Assembly: GCA_965116875.1 (NCBI GenBank) | Contig: OZ220733.1 | Coordinates: 3,968,001 to 4,032,000 of the forward strand | DNA length: 64,000 nucleotides | Reading direction: 5' to 3' | Origin: Candidatus Latescibacterota bacterium | Lineage (GTDB): Bacteria; Latescibacterota; UBA2968; GCA-2709665 | Shown: positions 37,786-47,835 of the stretch, one piece after another | Layout: every line of letters starts with the position of its first letter | Numbering within the stretch: the first letter of the stretch is position 1 | Notes under the pieces: generated by a model | The model's input: only the letters and a program-made list of their open reading frames with translations | What the model was told of the DNA's origin: nothing | Databases searched by the model: none | Translations under genes and position numbers: made by a program

Positions 37786-38352
37786 ATGACCAGACCTGGC
37801 CAATTGGAGCGCGCGGAACTGAGTGAGGAGCAGGCGCGGATTTACGACGCCATCCTCGAGACCCGGGGCAGCATCGCCGGGCCGTTCGGAATCTGGTTGC
37901 ACAGCCCGGAACTGGCCGACCGCGCGCAGAGCCTGGGCGAATTTGTCCGGTACCGCACCTGTCTGGAACCGAGACTCAGTGAACTCGCCATCCTTGTTAC
38001 GGCGCGATTCTGGGATTGCCAGGTGGAGTGGTCCCTGCACGAACCCTTCGCCGTCGAAGGCGGGTTGAGCGAAGCGGTCATCGACGCGGTCCGCCACGGG
38101 AGAGAGCCCGATTTCGGCCGCGACGACGAACGCGCCGTTTTCGAATATGCCAGCGAATTGCTCAACAATCGATTCGTTCCGGATGACGTCTTCAACGCGG
38201 CCCAGGACGCCGTCGGTACAACCGGAGTCGTGGAGCTGACGGGGATTGCCGGCTATTACAGTCTGGTGGCGCAGACCCTGAATGCGTTTCAGGTTCCTCT
38301 TCCCGAGGGTTGCAGGCCGACGCTCACCGACTGTCCCACGTTCGAAACTTAG
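37786..38352 (+). CDS. Carboxymuconolactone decarboxylase family protein
   Basis: GPFGIWLHSPELA, ELAILVTAR..EWSLH, GVVELTGIAGYY. Confidence 0.85.
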   Translation: MTRPGQLERAELSEEQARIYDAILETRGSIAGPFGIWLHSPELADRAQSLGEFVRYRTCLEPRLSELAILVTARFWDCQVEWSLHEPFAVEGGLSEAVIDAVRHGREPDFGRDDERAVFEYASELLNNRFVPDDVFNAAQDAVGTTGVVELTGIAGYYSLVAQTLNAFQVPLPEGCRPTLTDCPTFET

Positions 38353-38461
38353 CGGCGCGACGCTGTCAATCGCGGGCTTTGTTCCGGGCTGCGGCAGATT
38401 CAAACAAGAGTATCTCAACTGATAATTTGCGCGTAAACAGCTGAAAATTCGCATCTTCCGT

Positions 38462-39676
38462 ATGGGATCGAACCGGTATATAAAGAATCCGACTCTCCGC
38501 CCCAGGCTGCGCGCGGCGGGGCTGGTGCTGCCGCTGATGGCCTTTGTCGGCTTCACCTTCGCGGCGCCGCTCGGGACCATGCTGGTGCGAAGCGTCTATG
38601 ATCCCGTGGTCGCCGACGCGATGCCCCGCACACTCGACCTGCTGAGCGACTGGGACGGCAAGGGCGCTCCCGCGGAGGCGGTCTACGAAGCGGCCGCGCG
38701 CGAACTCGTGAAGGCGAGAGAAGATCGCACCCTCGGGCAGATTGCCAGCCGCGTCAACCGGGTCCGGGGCGGGCTGCGAAGCGTATTGACGAAGAGCGCA
38801 CGCCGGCTCAGGCGCGTGAATACCGGACCGTGGCGCGAAGCTATGATCGGCATCGACCCGGACTGGGGCGAGGCGCGAACCTGGCATGCCATCCGGAGCG
38901 CCGGGGAGCGATTCACATCGCGTCACTATCTGAACGCCGTCGACCTGCAGAGATTGCCGGTCGGTTCCATCGCCCGTCAGCCCGAAGAACGCCGCATCTA
39001 TCTCCCATTGCTGTGGCGGACCCTCTGGGTGAGCCTGACCATTACGGCGCTTTGTCTGTTGCTCGGGTACCCGATTGCTCACCTGATCGCGCATGCACCC
39101 CCGCGTATCGGCAATTTGCTTCTGATTCTCGTACTGGTCCCGTTCTGGACGTCGCTGCTTGTGCGAACCACTTCCTGGATCGTGCTGCTCCAGACCCAGG
39201 GCGTTCTCAACGACCTGCTCGTGGCGGTAGGTCTGATCGGCGACGATGGACGTCTGGCCATGATTTACAACATGACCGGGACCCTGGTGGCGATGACGCA
39301 TGTGCTGCTCCCGTTCATGATTCTTCCGCTCTACTCGATCATGCGCGCCATCCCGCCCATTCAGATGAGCGCCGCGGCCTCTCTTGGCGCGAGTCCTTTT
39401 CAGGCTTTCCGGCGCGTGTACTGGCCGCAGACCCTGCCCGGCGTGAGCGCGGGATCCCTCCTGGTGTTCATTCTCGCCATCGGTTACTATATCACCCCGG
39501 CGCTGGTGGGCGGGAGCAGCGGGCAACTGATATCGAACATGATTGCCTTCCATATGCAGACCTCGCTCAACTGGGGTCTTGCCGCGGCGCTGGGCGGGAT
39601 CCTCCTGGCCTGCGTGGGCACACTGTATCTGCTCTACGACCGCCTGGTGGGCGTCGAACGGATGAGGTTGGGCTGA
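38462..39676 (+). CDS. PotB-like ABC permease
   Basis: LLGYPIA, VPFWTSLLVRT, LPFMILPLY, AAASLGA, YYITPALVGG. Confidence 0.9.
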   Translation: MGSNRYIKNPTLRPRLRAAGLVLPLMAFVGFTFAAPLGTMLVRSVYDPVVADAMPRTLDLLSDWDGKGAPAEAVYEAAARELVKAREDRTLGQIASRVNRVRGGLRSVLTKSARRLRRVNTGPWREAMIGIDPDWGEARTWHAIRSAGERFTSRHYLNAVDLQRLPVGSIARQPEERRIYLPLLWRTLWVSLTITALCLLLGYPIAHLIAHAPPRIGNLLLILVLVPFWTSLLVRTTSWIVLLQTQGVLNDLLVAVGLIGDDGRLAMIYNMTGTLVAMTHVLLPFMILPLYSIMRAIPPIQMSAAASLGASPFQAFRRVYWPQTLPGVSAGSLLVFILAIGYYITPALVGGSSGQLISNMIAFHMQTSLNWGLAAALGGILLACVGTLYLLYDRLVGVERMRLG

Positions 39677-39677
39677 G

Positions 39678-40502
39678 ATGGCGTTAGCAGGGTCGCGGGA
39701 ATCTGTGGGACGTTGTCTTTACGTTGGCTTCTGCGCCGCGGTGTTTCTTTTTCTGATCGCGCCCATCCTGGTGATCGTGCCGCTGAGCTTCAACGCCGAG
39801 CCTTACTTCACCTTTACCGAGGGCATGCTGCGTCTGGATGCCGAAGCCTTTTCACTGCGATGGTACCGGCAGATCGTGGAGAACGAGGTATGGACGCGCG
39901 CGCTCGTCAACAGCCTGATCATCGGGGTCTCTTCCACGGTGCTGGCGACAGGTCTGGGTACGCTGGCGGCGATGGGGCTTTCCAGCCCCGCCATGCCCGG
40001 CCGGCGGCTTGCGATGGGGCTGCTCATTTCGCCCATGATAACTCCGGTGATCATCGCGGCGGCGGGCATGTTCTTCTTCTACTCGAACCTGGGACTGGCG
40101 CAGACGCATCTGGGCCTGATACTGGCACACGCGGCGCTGGGAACCCCGTTTGTCGTGATCACGGTGACCGCAACGCTCTCCGCGTTCGACACCAACCTGA
40201 CGCGCGCGGCCGCCAGTCTCGGCGCGGGACCGGTGCGGACCTTTCGTCGCGTTCAACTCCCGTTGATCGCACCCGGCGTGATCTCGGGAGCGCTATTCGC
40301 CTTCGCCACGTCCTTCGATGAAGTGGTCGTGGTGTTGTTCATGGCCGCAATCGAACAGCGTACGATTCCGCGCCAGATGTGGGCCGGCATCCGGGAGCAG
40401 ATCAGCCCGACCATTCTTGCGGTGGCTACTTTTCTGATTGTCTTCGCCGTCCTGCTGCTCTTCACGGTTGAGTGGATGCGAAGGCGCTCCACGGCGAGGT
40501 AA
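39678..40502 (+). CDS. PotC-like ABC permease
   Basis: PLSFN, FSLRWY, RAAASLGA, FATSFDEVV. Confidence 0.9.
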   Translation: MALAGSRESVGRCLYVGFCAAVFLFLIAPILVIVPLSFNAEPYFTFTEGMLRLDAEAFSLRWYRQIVENEVWTRALVNSLIIGVSSTVLATGLGTLAAMGLSSPAMPGRRLAMGLLISPMITPVIIAAAGMFFFYSNLGLAQTHLGLILAHAALGTPFVVITVTATLSAFDTNLTRAAASLGAGPVRTFRRVQLPLIAPGVISGALFAFATSFDEVVVVLFMAAIEQRTIPRQMWAGIREQISPTILAVATFLIVFAVLLLFTVEWMRRRSTAR

Positions 40503-40570
40503 GCCGCCTGGATGCGCGGGCTGCGACGCATCCGCGCATTTGCACGAATAACTCACCCATCGAGTCAGAA

Positions 40571-41701
40571 ATGGATACAAAGGCCGCCATAATGCACGGA
40601 AACGAGACGGCGCACGTTCAGTTCGAGGGCGTCAGCAAGAGCTTTGACGGCCGTACCCTTGTCGTGGACGATCTCGATCTCAGCGTCCGAAAGGGTGAAT
40701 TCCTCACGATGCTCGGGCCCTCCGGATCGGGCAAGACCACGTGTCTGATGATGCTCGCGGGGTTCGAAACGCCCTCGTCCGGCGCCATACGAATCAACGG
40801 TCGTTCCGTGCACGAGTTGCCGCCGCGCAAACGCGGGATCGGCATGGTCTTTCAGAATTACGCGCTCTTTCCCCACATGACGGTGGGCCGCAACCTCGCC
40901 TTCCCACTGGAGGTGCGCGGGCTGGACGGGGGGGAATGCCGAGAACGCGTGTCGCGCGCCCTGGAACTGGTCCGTCTCGGCGGCCTTGAAGATCGGAAGC
41001 CGTCCCAGCTTTCCGGGGGCCAGCAGCAGCGGGTCGCAATCGCGCGGGCGCTGGTATTCGAGCCCGACCTGGTGCTGATGGACGAGCCGTTGGGCGCGTT
41101 GGACAGGCGCCTGCGGGAAGAGATGCAGTACGAAATCCGGCGGATCCACAAGAGCCTGGGAGTTACCGTGGTGTACGTGACCCACGACCAGGAGGAGGCG
41201 ATGGTCATGTCGGACCGGATCGCCGTGCTTCGAGGAGGCGACGTCCAGCAGGTTGCCGAGCCGGAGGTCCTCTATGAAGAGCCGGAACGCTCGTTTGTCG
41301 CCCGCTTTATTGGGGAGAACAACCGTCTTCACGGACGCGTGAAGAGCGTCGACGGGGACATCTGCGAAGTCGAGACGGGCGGTCAGACCATCTGCGCCCT
41401 TCGCGTCGCACCCTGCGGTCCGGGGGACGCCACCACGCTTTCGATCCGGCCCGAGCGTGTTGCCATTTCGCCCGATTCCGGCCTGTACACGAACGAACTC
41501 AACGCAAGAATCGAGGACATCACCTTCCTGGGCGACCATCTGCGGGTTCGCGTGAACGTCTGCGGCCGTTCGGACTTCATCGCGAAGATACCGAACATCG
41601 TCGGGCACGGCGCCATGCTGGTGGGAGACGAGGTCCGGATTGGATGGACGCCCACGGACTGCCGGGTATTGGACCCGGATGACGAGGCAGAGACGACATG
41701 A
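40571..41701 (+). CDS. PotA-like ABC ATPase
   Basis: GPSGSGKT, VFQNYALFPHM, LSGGQQQR, LMDEPLGALD, C-terminal TOBE-like tail; start uncertain (40571 or 40592). Confidence 0.92.
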   Translation: MDTKAAIMHGNETAHVQFEGVSKSFDGRTLVVDDLDLSVRKGEFLTMLGPSGSGKTTCLMMLAGFETPSSGAIRINGRSVHELPPRKRGIGMVFQNYALFPHMTVGRNLAFPLEVRGLDGGECRERVSRALELVRLGGLEDRKPSQLSGGQQQRVAIARALVFEPDLVLMDEPLGALDRRLREEMQYEIRRIHKSLGVTVVYVTHDQEEAMVMSDRIAVLRGGDVQQVAEPEVLYEEPERSFVARFIGENNRLHGRVKSVDGDICEVETGGQTICALRVAPCGPGDATTLSIRPERVAISPDSGLYTNELNARIEDITFLGDHLRVRVNVCGRSDFIAKIPNIVGHGAMLVGDEVRIGWTPTDCRVLDPDDEAETT

Positions 41702-42798
41702 GACACACCGGCAAGATCATGGTATTGGTCGCGTTTGCGGTGGCACTTTGGGTGACAATCGTAATCCCCGCCGTTGCCGACGACAGGCCGCTAACCGTCG
41801 TTTCATGGGGCGGATCCTACGCGCGAGCGTGTGTCAAGGGTTACCATGAGCGGTTCACCGAGGAGACGGGTATCGCGATCAATCTGGAAGACTACAACGG
41901 CGGTCTGGCGCAGGTCCGCGCGCAGGTGGACGTGGGCAACGTCTTCTGGGACGTGGTCGACCTGGAGATTGCCGACCTGGTGGCCGGATGCGACGAGGGT
42001 CTGCTCGAACCCGTGGACGTGGAGGCCCTTCCGGCTGGCGCCGACGGTACGCCCGCGACGGAGGACTTTCTGCCGGGAACGATGACGGACTGCGGCCCGA
42101 CCTCGTTGTTCGGTTCCACGATTTTTGCCTACAACAGGAAGCATTTTCAGAGCGAGGAACCGGCTACCATCGCGGACTTTTTCAATCTGGATAAGTTTCC
42201 GGGGCGCCGCGGCATGCGGCGCTCGCCGCAGGTAAACCTGGAGTTCGCGCTGATGGCCGACGGCGTGCCGATCGATTCGGTCTATGCCGCGCTTGACACG
42301 CCCGCCGGCGTGGATCGCGCCTTCCGGAAACTGGATACGATAAAGGAATTCATTATCTGGTGGGAGGCCGGTGCGCAACCGCCGCAAATGCTGGCCGACG
42401 GGGAGGTGACGATGACCACGGCCTACAACGGTCGGATCTTCAATGCGCAGGTGCTGGAAGACCAGCCCTTTGTGGTGGTTTGGGACGGCCATGTCTATTA
42501 CACAGCCGGGTTGGGTATTGTCGCCGGCACGCCCAACCTCAAAGCCGCGAAGCGGTTCGTCAGGTTCGCGACGAGTGCCGAATCCCTGGCCGGTGTCGGC
42601 CGGTACATTGCATACAGCCCGACTCGCCGTTCGGCGATGGCGCTGATCACGACGCACGCCGAGAAGGGCGTGGAAATGAAGCCGCACATGCCCACCAGCC
42701 CCGGGAACCTGAAGCGCTCCCTGCGTAGCGACTGGGCGTGGTGGAGCGATCACATGGACGAAATGAACGAACGCTTCAGCGCATGGCTGGCGCGCTGA
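41698..42798 (+). CDS. PotD-like substrate-binding protein, paralog 1
   Basis: Signal peptide; VSWGGSY, KFPGRRG, LEFALMADGV, AYNGR. Confidence 0.9.
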   Translation: MRHTGKIMVLVAFAVALWVTIVIPAVADDRPLTVVSWGGSYARACVKGYHERFTEETGIAINLEDYNGGLAQVRAQVDVGNVFWDVVDLEIADLVAGCDEGLLEPVDVEALPAGADGTPATEDFLPGTMTDCGPTSLFGSTIFAYNRKHFQSEEPATIADFFNLDKFPGRRGMRRSPQVNLEFALMADGVPIDSVYAALDTPAGVDRAFRKLDTIKEFIIWWEAGAQPPQMLADGEVTMTTAYNGRIFNAQVLEDQPFVVVWDGHVYYTAGLGIVAGTPNLKAAKRFVRFATSAESLAGVGRYIAYSPTRRSAMALITTHAEKGVEMKPHMPTSPGNLKRSLRSDWAWWSDHMDEMNERFSAWLAR

Positions 42799-42859
42799 AC
42801 CAGCCGGTTACTCTCGACATGCTCCAGATTGTCGGAACGAATGACGAGGAGGAATCATC

Positions 42860-43960
42860 ATGAAGGACGTTTTGAGCAAGGTCGTTTGCATCGCATCGCT
42901 GGCAGGACTGTCCATATTGACCGCGGGCGTCGCAATTGCCGATGACCGCCCGCTGACGGTGGTTTCGTGGGGCGGGTCTTACGCGCGTGCGTGCGTAAAG
43001 GGCTACCACGAGCAGTTCACTGCCGAAACCGGGATCAAGATCAACCTGGAAGACTACAACGGCGGCCTGGCGCAGATTCGCGCGCAGGTGGACGTGGGCA
43101 ACGTCTACTGGGACGTGGTGGACCTGGAGATTCCGGACCTGGTGCGCGGCTGCGACGAGGGTCTGCTGGAACCGATTGCGGTCGACTCGCTCCCGCCGGG
43201 GGCCGATGGCACACCCGCGGCGGAGGACTTCGTCCCCGGCACGCTGACCGACTGCGGGCCTGCAACGATCTTCTACTCGACGATCTACGCATACAACAAC
43301 GACAACATAAAGGGTGATAAACCGGCCACGATCGCAGACTTTTTCGATCTGGAGAAGTTCCCGGGGCGCCGCGGCATGCGGCGGTCGCCACTGGTGAACC
43401 TGGAGTTCGCGCTGATGGCGGACGGCGTACCCGTCGACTCCGTCTACGCCATCCTCGACACGCCCGCGGGGGTGGACCGCGCCTACAAAAAACTGGACAC
43501 AATCAAGGATCAAATCGTATGGTGGGAGGCGGGGGCGCAGCCGCCGCAGATGCTGGCCGACGGGGAGGTCGTCATGAGTACGGCCTACAACGGGCGCATC
43601 TTCAACGCGCAGGTGCTGGAAGACCAGCCCTTCGTGGTGGTGTGGGACGGCCAGGTCCTCGATACCGGCGGACTTGGCATTGTCGCGGGCACGCCCAACC
43701 TGGAAGCGGCGAGGAAGTTCGTCAACTTCGCCACAAGCGCGAAGGCCAGCGCCGGCGTGGGCCGATACATCTCATACAGTCCCACGCGCCGTTCGGCAAT
43801 GTCTCTGATTTCGACGCATGCCGAAAAGGGCGTGGAGATGACGCCGCACATGCCCACGAGCCCTGAAAACGTGAAGCGCGCCCTGCACAACAACTGGGAA
43901 TGGTGGAGCGATCACCTGGACGAGATGAACGAGCGCTTCAGCGCCTGGCTGGCGCGTTGA
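42860..43960 (+). CDS. PotD-like substrate-binding protein, paralog 2
   Basis: Same motifs and length as the preceding gene; RBS GAGGAGG. Confidence 0.9.
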   Translation: MKDVLSKVVCIASLAGLSILTAGVAIADDRPLTVVSWGGSYARACVKGYHEQFTAETGIKINLEDYNGGLAQIRAQVDVGNVYWDVVDLEIPDLVRGCDEGLLEPIAVDSLPPGADGTPAAEDFVPGTLTDCGPATIFYSTIYAYNNDNIKGDKPATIADFFDLEKFPGRRGMRRSPLVNLEFALMADGVPVDSVYAILDTPAGVDRAYKKLDTIKDQIVWWEAGAQPPQMLADGEVVMSTAYNGRIFNAQVLEDQPFVVVWDGQVLDTGGLGIVAGTPNLEAARKFVNFATSAKASAGVGRYISYSPTRRSAMSLISTHAEKGVEMTPHMPTSPENVKRALHNNWEWWSDHLDEMNERFSAWLAR

Positions 43961-44153
43961 CGGCGGGGAATTTCAAGGAATGATCTATTGGTAGGTGGCA
44001 GGCGACGGATAACCTCATCACTGCTGTCCAGGATAATTCGGAAGAGACGATTTTGGGCTGGGGTGGATTCGCGTAAATTCACGCCATTCGTAGTGAATCA
44101 GACCCGTTTTTGGACAGATGCGACACAGCACGTTAACTGAAAATTCCAAGAAA

Positions 44154-44390
44154 ATGGAAACCCAACAAAACCTCGCCCTCGATGACCCACACGCTCGCAC
44201 CCGAAGCGAGGGGCTGGAGGTCGTCTATGCGAGCGCCAGCGGATCGGAAAGATTCCACAGGGACTCCCTGTTCGGGGGCTTCAGTTCCATGCGTGCGCTC
44301 ACGTATACGCCAAGCATACCGATGATTCTGGCGTTGCTCAGGGACTACGACTACCACGTCACCGGACGTGAGCGGAAGCTTCATTCCTAA
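44154..44390 (+). pseudogene. Probable N-terminal gene fragment (possibly of a phospholipase D-like nuclease)
   Basis: LEVVYA..LFGGFSSMRALTYTPSIPMILALL looks like the start of a larger protein and then terminates; family assignment is from memory only. Confidence 0.3.
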
Positions 44391-44426
44391 TGTACAACCT
44401 CAATACCCCGTTTTCGCACAGACACC

Positions 44427-44453
44427 TTCTGTGCCTTTTGTGCTTTTTGTGGT
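44427..44453. repeat. Three tandem 9-mers
   Basis: TTCTGTGCC TTTTGTGCT TTTTGTGGT. Confidence 0.6.
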
Positions 44454-44507
44454 AAATTAACGGTTGTCTTTTTCGAATTCAGGTTTACCAGTGCGTAGGG
44501 GAATGCA

Positions 44508-45707
44508 ATGAGCCGGGATCGCAGACTGAGGATTGCGCAGGTGGGTTGCGGCAGCCGTGGACTGGGCGTGCGGCTGCCCGCGATCCGCATGATGTCGGAC
44601 GTGTTCGAACTCGCGGCCGTGTGCGACGTGGACGAGGCGAAAGCCCGCTCGACCGGCGCGGAATTCGGCGTCCCCGCGTATTCTCGGGTCCAGGACCTTG
44701 CGGCGAATGAAGACCTCGACGTTGCGGCGATCAGTACGCCCGGCGATTCACACCACGCCGTCGGCGCGTACCTGGCGGAGCGGGGCGTGAATCTCATCGT
44801 GGAGACTCCGATTGCGCCTGCGCTGCAGACTGCCGATCTCCTCATCCGGGCGGTGGAACGAGGCGGGGTGAAGCTGGAGGTGGCCGAGCAGTTCTGCCGT
44901 GAGCCCGTGCATCTGATGAAGCGCATGGCGATCGAGGCCGGGCACATCGGGGACGTTCTGCGGGTGTTTTCCCTCTTTCAGACCGGCGGATACCACATCG
45001 TGAGCAACGTCCGGGCGATGGCGTGCGATTCCGATGCCGTGCGCGTTACCGGTCTGGCGATGAATTCGCCGATTCCCAGGGTCAACGTAAGCGACATCCG
45101 GCAATATGAAACGGAATCCTGGACGATGGACCTGGTCGAGTTCGCGAACGGCGCGCTGGCCGTGATGTCCTATTCAGCCATGTATCACGGCAGGGCCCTC
45201 GGACGCAAGAGCCAGACGCTGTTTCAGGTCGACGGTACCACCGGGACGATTGTCGAGGATGACGTGCATACCACCACCGAAGCACAGCGTCTGAGCGGGG
45301 GCCGGGCCACCGTCTGCCCGATCAGGACGGAAACGCGCGAGGTGGACGGGATGCAGGTGCTGGATCGTATGGTGGTGGATACCGACCCTCCCCTGGTTTG
45401 GCGGAATCCATGGCCGCAGTACCGGATGTCTCCGCGCGGGCTGGCGATCGTGGAGGAGATGGACAGCATCGCCAGGGCGGTACTGGACGACCGGCCGACG
45501 CGATACGACGGGTACCGGGCGCGACAGGACATCGAGATCGAACTGGCGGTGGCCGAGTCCGGACGGCTGGGTGGGAAACCGGTGGACCTGCCGCTGAGGG
45601 AACCCACGTCGCGGGAAACGAGGCTGCTTGAACGCTTCGCGCGGGAATACGCGTGCGATCCGTTCGACGTGGATGCGTGCGTGGACGTGTTTTTTCCGAA
45701 GCGGTAG
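44508..45707 (+). CDS. Gfo/Idh/MocA family oxidoreductase
   Basis: IAQVGCGSRG, AVCD, ISTPGDSH, VETPIA (variant of EKP). Confidence 0.88.
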   Translation: MSRDRRLRIAQVGCGSRGLGVRLPAIRMMSDVFELAAVCDVDEAKARSTGAEFGVPAYSRVQDLAANEDLDVAAISTPGDSHHAVGAYLAERGVNLIVETPIAPALQTADLLIRAVERGGVKLEVAEQFCREPVHLMKRMAIEAGHIGDVLRVFSLFQTGGYHIVSNVRAMACDSDAVRVTGLAMNSPIPRVNVSDIRQYETESWTMDLVEFANGALAVMSYSAMYHGRALGRKSQTLFQVDGTTGTIVEDDVHTTTEAQRLSGGRATVCPIRTETREVDGMQVLDRMVVDTDPPLVWRNPWPQYRMSPRGLAIVEEMDSIARAVLDDRPTRYDGYRARQDIEIELAVAESGRLGGKPVDLPLREPTSRETRLLERFAREYACDPFDVDACVDVFFPKR

Positions 45708-45746
45708 TCAATTCCCAGGAAACGTCAGGTTTCGGAGATAGCGAGA

Positions 45747-46820
45747 ATGGGCAAGGGACGCACGTTCGCATCCGAGATGAGAAAACTGACGGACGAGAGA
45801 ACGGGTGCGGCAATCCGTCAGATGACGGACCATCCCTCGATCAGTCACAATCTGTACTTTTCGAATCCGTCGTGGACGCCTGACGGAAAGACCATCGTAT
45901 TTACTTCGTACCGTTCGGGGAAACCCAACCTCTTCAAGATGGACGAGGCGAGTGGCGCAATAACGCAGTTGACGGATACGGACGGGTTCGGTGGCTTTGC
46001 CGCCTGCCCCTCTCGAGACGGACAGAGGGTATTCTACAATGTGGGCGGACAGGTACGCGCCGTGGACCTCGACACGTTCGAGGAGCCGGTTCTCGCCGAT
46101 TTCGGGAGCGGCAGTGTGGGCGGGTGCAGCCTCTCGCCGGACGGCGCGCGCCTGGTGACCTCGTGGCGCCGGGATGGCGCGTCGGCGGTGGTCGCCGTGG
46201 CAACCGACGGATCCGGATTCCGCGTGGTGCGCGAACCGCCCCGCACCGTCGGCCACGTCCAGGCCTGCCCGGTCGACCCGGACCTGATCCTGTACTCGAG
46301 CGACGTGAATCAACGCATGTGGGAAGTAAGGAGTGACGGGAGCGCGGAGCGCGCGCTTTTTGAGCACGACAGGTCGGTCTGGATAACGCACGAGACCTTT
46401 CTCGGGAACTCCGATGAAGTGATATTCGTGCACTGGCCGTTTGCCCTGCGGGGAATCAGAGTGGGGGAGGACGAAGAACGGACCATCGCTTCCTTCAACG
46501 CCTGGCATCCTTCGCCCCGGCAGGATGGATCCCTCATTGTGTGTGATTCCACCTGTCCCGATATCGGGTTGCAGCTGATCGACCCCGGGACCGGAGAGCA
46601 CGAAACCCTGTGTTTTCCCGGCAGTTCGAACGGAGGTACGCAGTGGGCGAAGACGGTGCCCGAGGAGGACCACAGGACCAGGCCCGAAACGTACGGGCCC
46701 CAGTGGTCCCATCCGCACCCGTCGTTCAGCCCCGACGGGAAACGGGTCATCTATACCTCGGACCGGACGGGCGCCAGCCAGATCTACGTCGTGGATGTGC
46801 CCGGTCGAGCCACGCCCTGA
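45747..46820 (+). CDS. Oligogalacturonate lyase-family beta-propeller
   Basis: HNLYFSNPSWTPDG, GHVQ, THE, WH, HPHPSFSPDGKRVIYTSD. Confidence 0.8.
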   Translation: MGKGRTFASEMRKLTDERTGAAIRQMTDHPSISHNLYFSNPSWTPDGKTIVFTSYRSGKPNLFKMDEASGAITQLTDTDGFGGFAACPSRDGQRVFYNVGGQVRAVDLDTFEEPVLADFGSGSVGGCSLSPDGARLVTSWRRDGASAVVAVATDGSGFRVVREPPRTVGHVQACPVDPDLILYSSDVNQRMWEVRSDGSAERALFEHDRSVWITHETFLGNSDEVIFVHWPFALRGIRVGEDEERTIASFNAWHPSPRQDGSLIVCDSTCPDIGLQLIDPGTGEHETLCFPGSSNGGTQWAKTVPEEDHRTRPETYGPQWSHPHPSFSPDGKRVIYTSDRTGASQIYVVDVPGRATP

Positions 46821-46868
46821 ACGTAACGGGCAAGCCGGCGTCGATACGTGGGATTCCGCAAAAAACGC

Positions 46869-46897
46869 TTGACTCCCGATGCGCAAACCTGTAGATT
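46869..46897 (+). promoter_or_regulatory. Sigma70-type promoter upstream of the TPR/MoxR/Bat run
   Basis: TTGACT (46869-46874), 17 nt, TAGATT (46892-46897). Confidence 0.6.
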
Positions 46898-47132
46898 TGC
46901 GTTCCGCCCTTGCTTTGAATTATCCTCATTAAAATAAAGAAGATATGAATACCCGAATCCGGCTGTGTGGAGGCCGGGAGCGGATATTCCTTCCGGCGGG
47001 CTTCTTTCAGGTGTCGGCGGGATTGGCGTGCAGGCAGGCGCCGCGGCGTGCCCCTTCGAGGCGGACGTTCAGAAATACGGAACCCGGATTCGGTTGAAGT
47101 GTTTTTTTATTAGAAAGGAGCGGAAATTCAGG

Positions 47133-47624
47133 ATGATCCGGTGGACGTGGGTTGTCGGAGTAGCGGCCTCCCTTTGCCTGGGGTGTGCCCGCGAGTCCGC
47201 GGACGAGCTTTTTTCCAAAGGAGAGGCGGCGACTCACAAGGAAGCCACCTATCCGCAGGCGGAAGGGCATCTCAAGAAATTCCTGGATTTTTATCCGGAT
47301 GATCCGAGGGCGGACCTGGTGCTTCATGCGCTGGCGCGTGTGTTGCTGAATCGACATAAGTTCGACGAGGCCATCGAGTTTTACGAGACGCTGGTTCGGC
47401 GTTTCCCGGAGAGCCGGTATGCCGATCAGGCACAGTTCATGATAGGGTACGCCTACGACCTGCAGGGTAAATTCGAAGAAGCCCGAGAAGCGTATCAGAA
47501 AGTCATCGACATGTTCCCTGAATCGGAACTGTACGATGATGCGACCATTTCAATCCGGAATCTCGGGAAACCGCCCGAGGAGTGGTTTCCCGTCGATTCG
47601 ACCTCGGCCACAGGTGTAAACTGA
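47133..47624 (+). CDS. TPR lipoprotein (CpoB/BamD-like repeats)
   Basis: RBS AAGGAG; lipobox CLGC; repeats F..FYPDDPRA, LVRRFPESRYADQAQFMIG. Confidence 0.85.
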   Translation: MIRWTWVVGVAASLCLGCARESADELFSKGEAATHKEATYPQAEGHLKKFLDFYPDDPRADLVLHALARVLLNRHKFDEAIEFYETLVRRFPESRYADQAQFMIGYAYDLQGKFEEAREAYQKVIDMFPESELYDDATISIRNLGKPPEEWFPVDSTSATGVN

Positions 47625-47795
47625 AGCGGGAACGGGTGCGACAGGTTCGGAACGAGTCCCAGGCCGCCGCGCCCGAATCGACTGCACTCACCGATTCAGG
47701 CTGTCCATCCGTTCGTGAAGCCATGGTTTCTCATCATTCTGCCAACGCAACCCTGCCGGACGGTATCCGTGTACACGGAATCCGTCCGGTGTTCT

Positions 47796-47811
47796 TTTTA
47801 AGACAGCTTCT
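47796..47811. repeat. Solo right end of the MITE family
   Basis: TTTTAAGACAGCTTCT, identical to the last 16 nt of MITE copy 2; no left end found. Confidence 0.65.
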
Positions 47812-47835
47812 AAATCAGCTTTCCGGGATTCAACG

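Noticed and set aside
46945-47100. Possible 6S RNA
   Set aside because: Only scattered short resemblances; the enclosed region seems short and I could not establish a central-bubble rod structure. Kept only as a generic structured-leader candidate.
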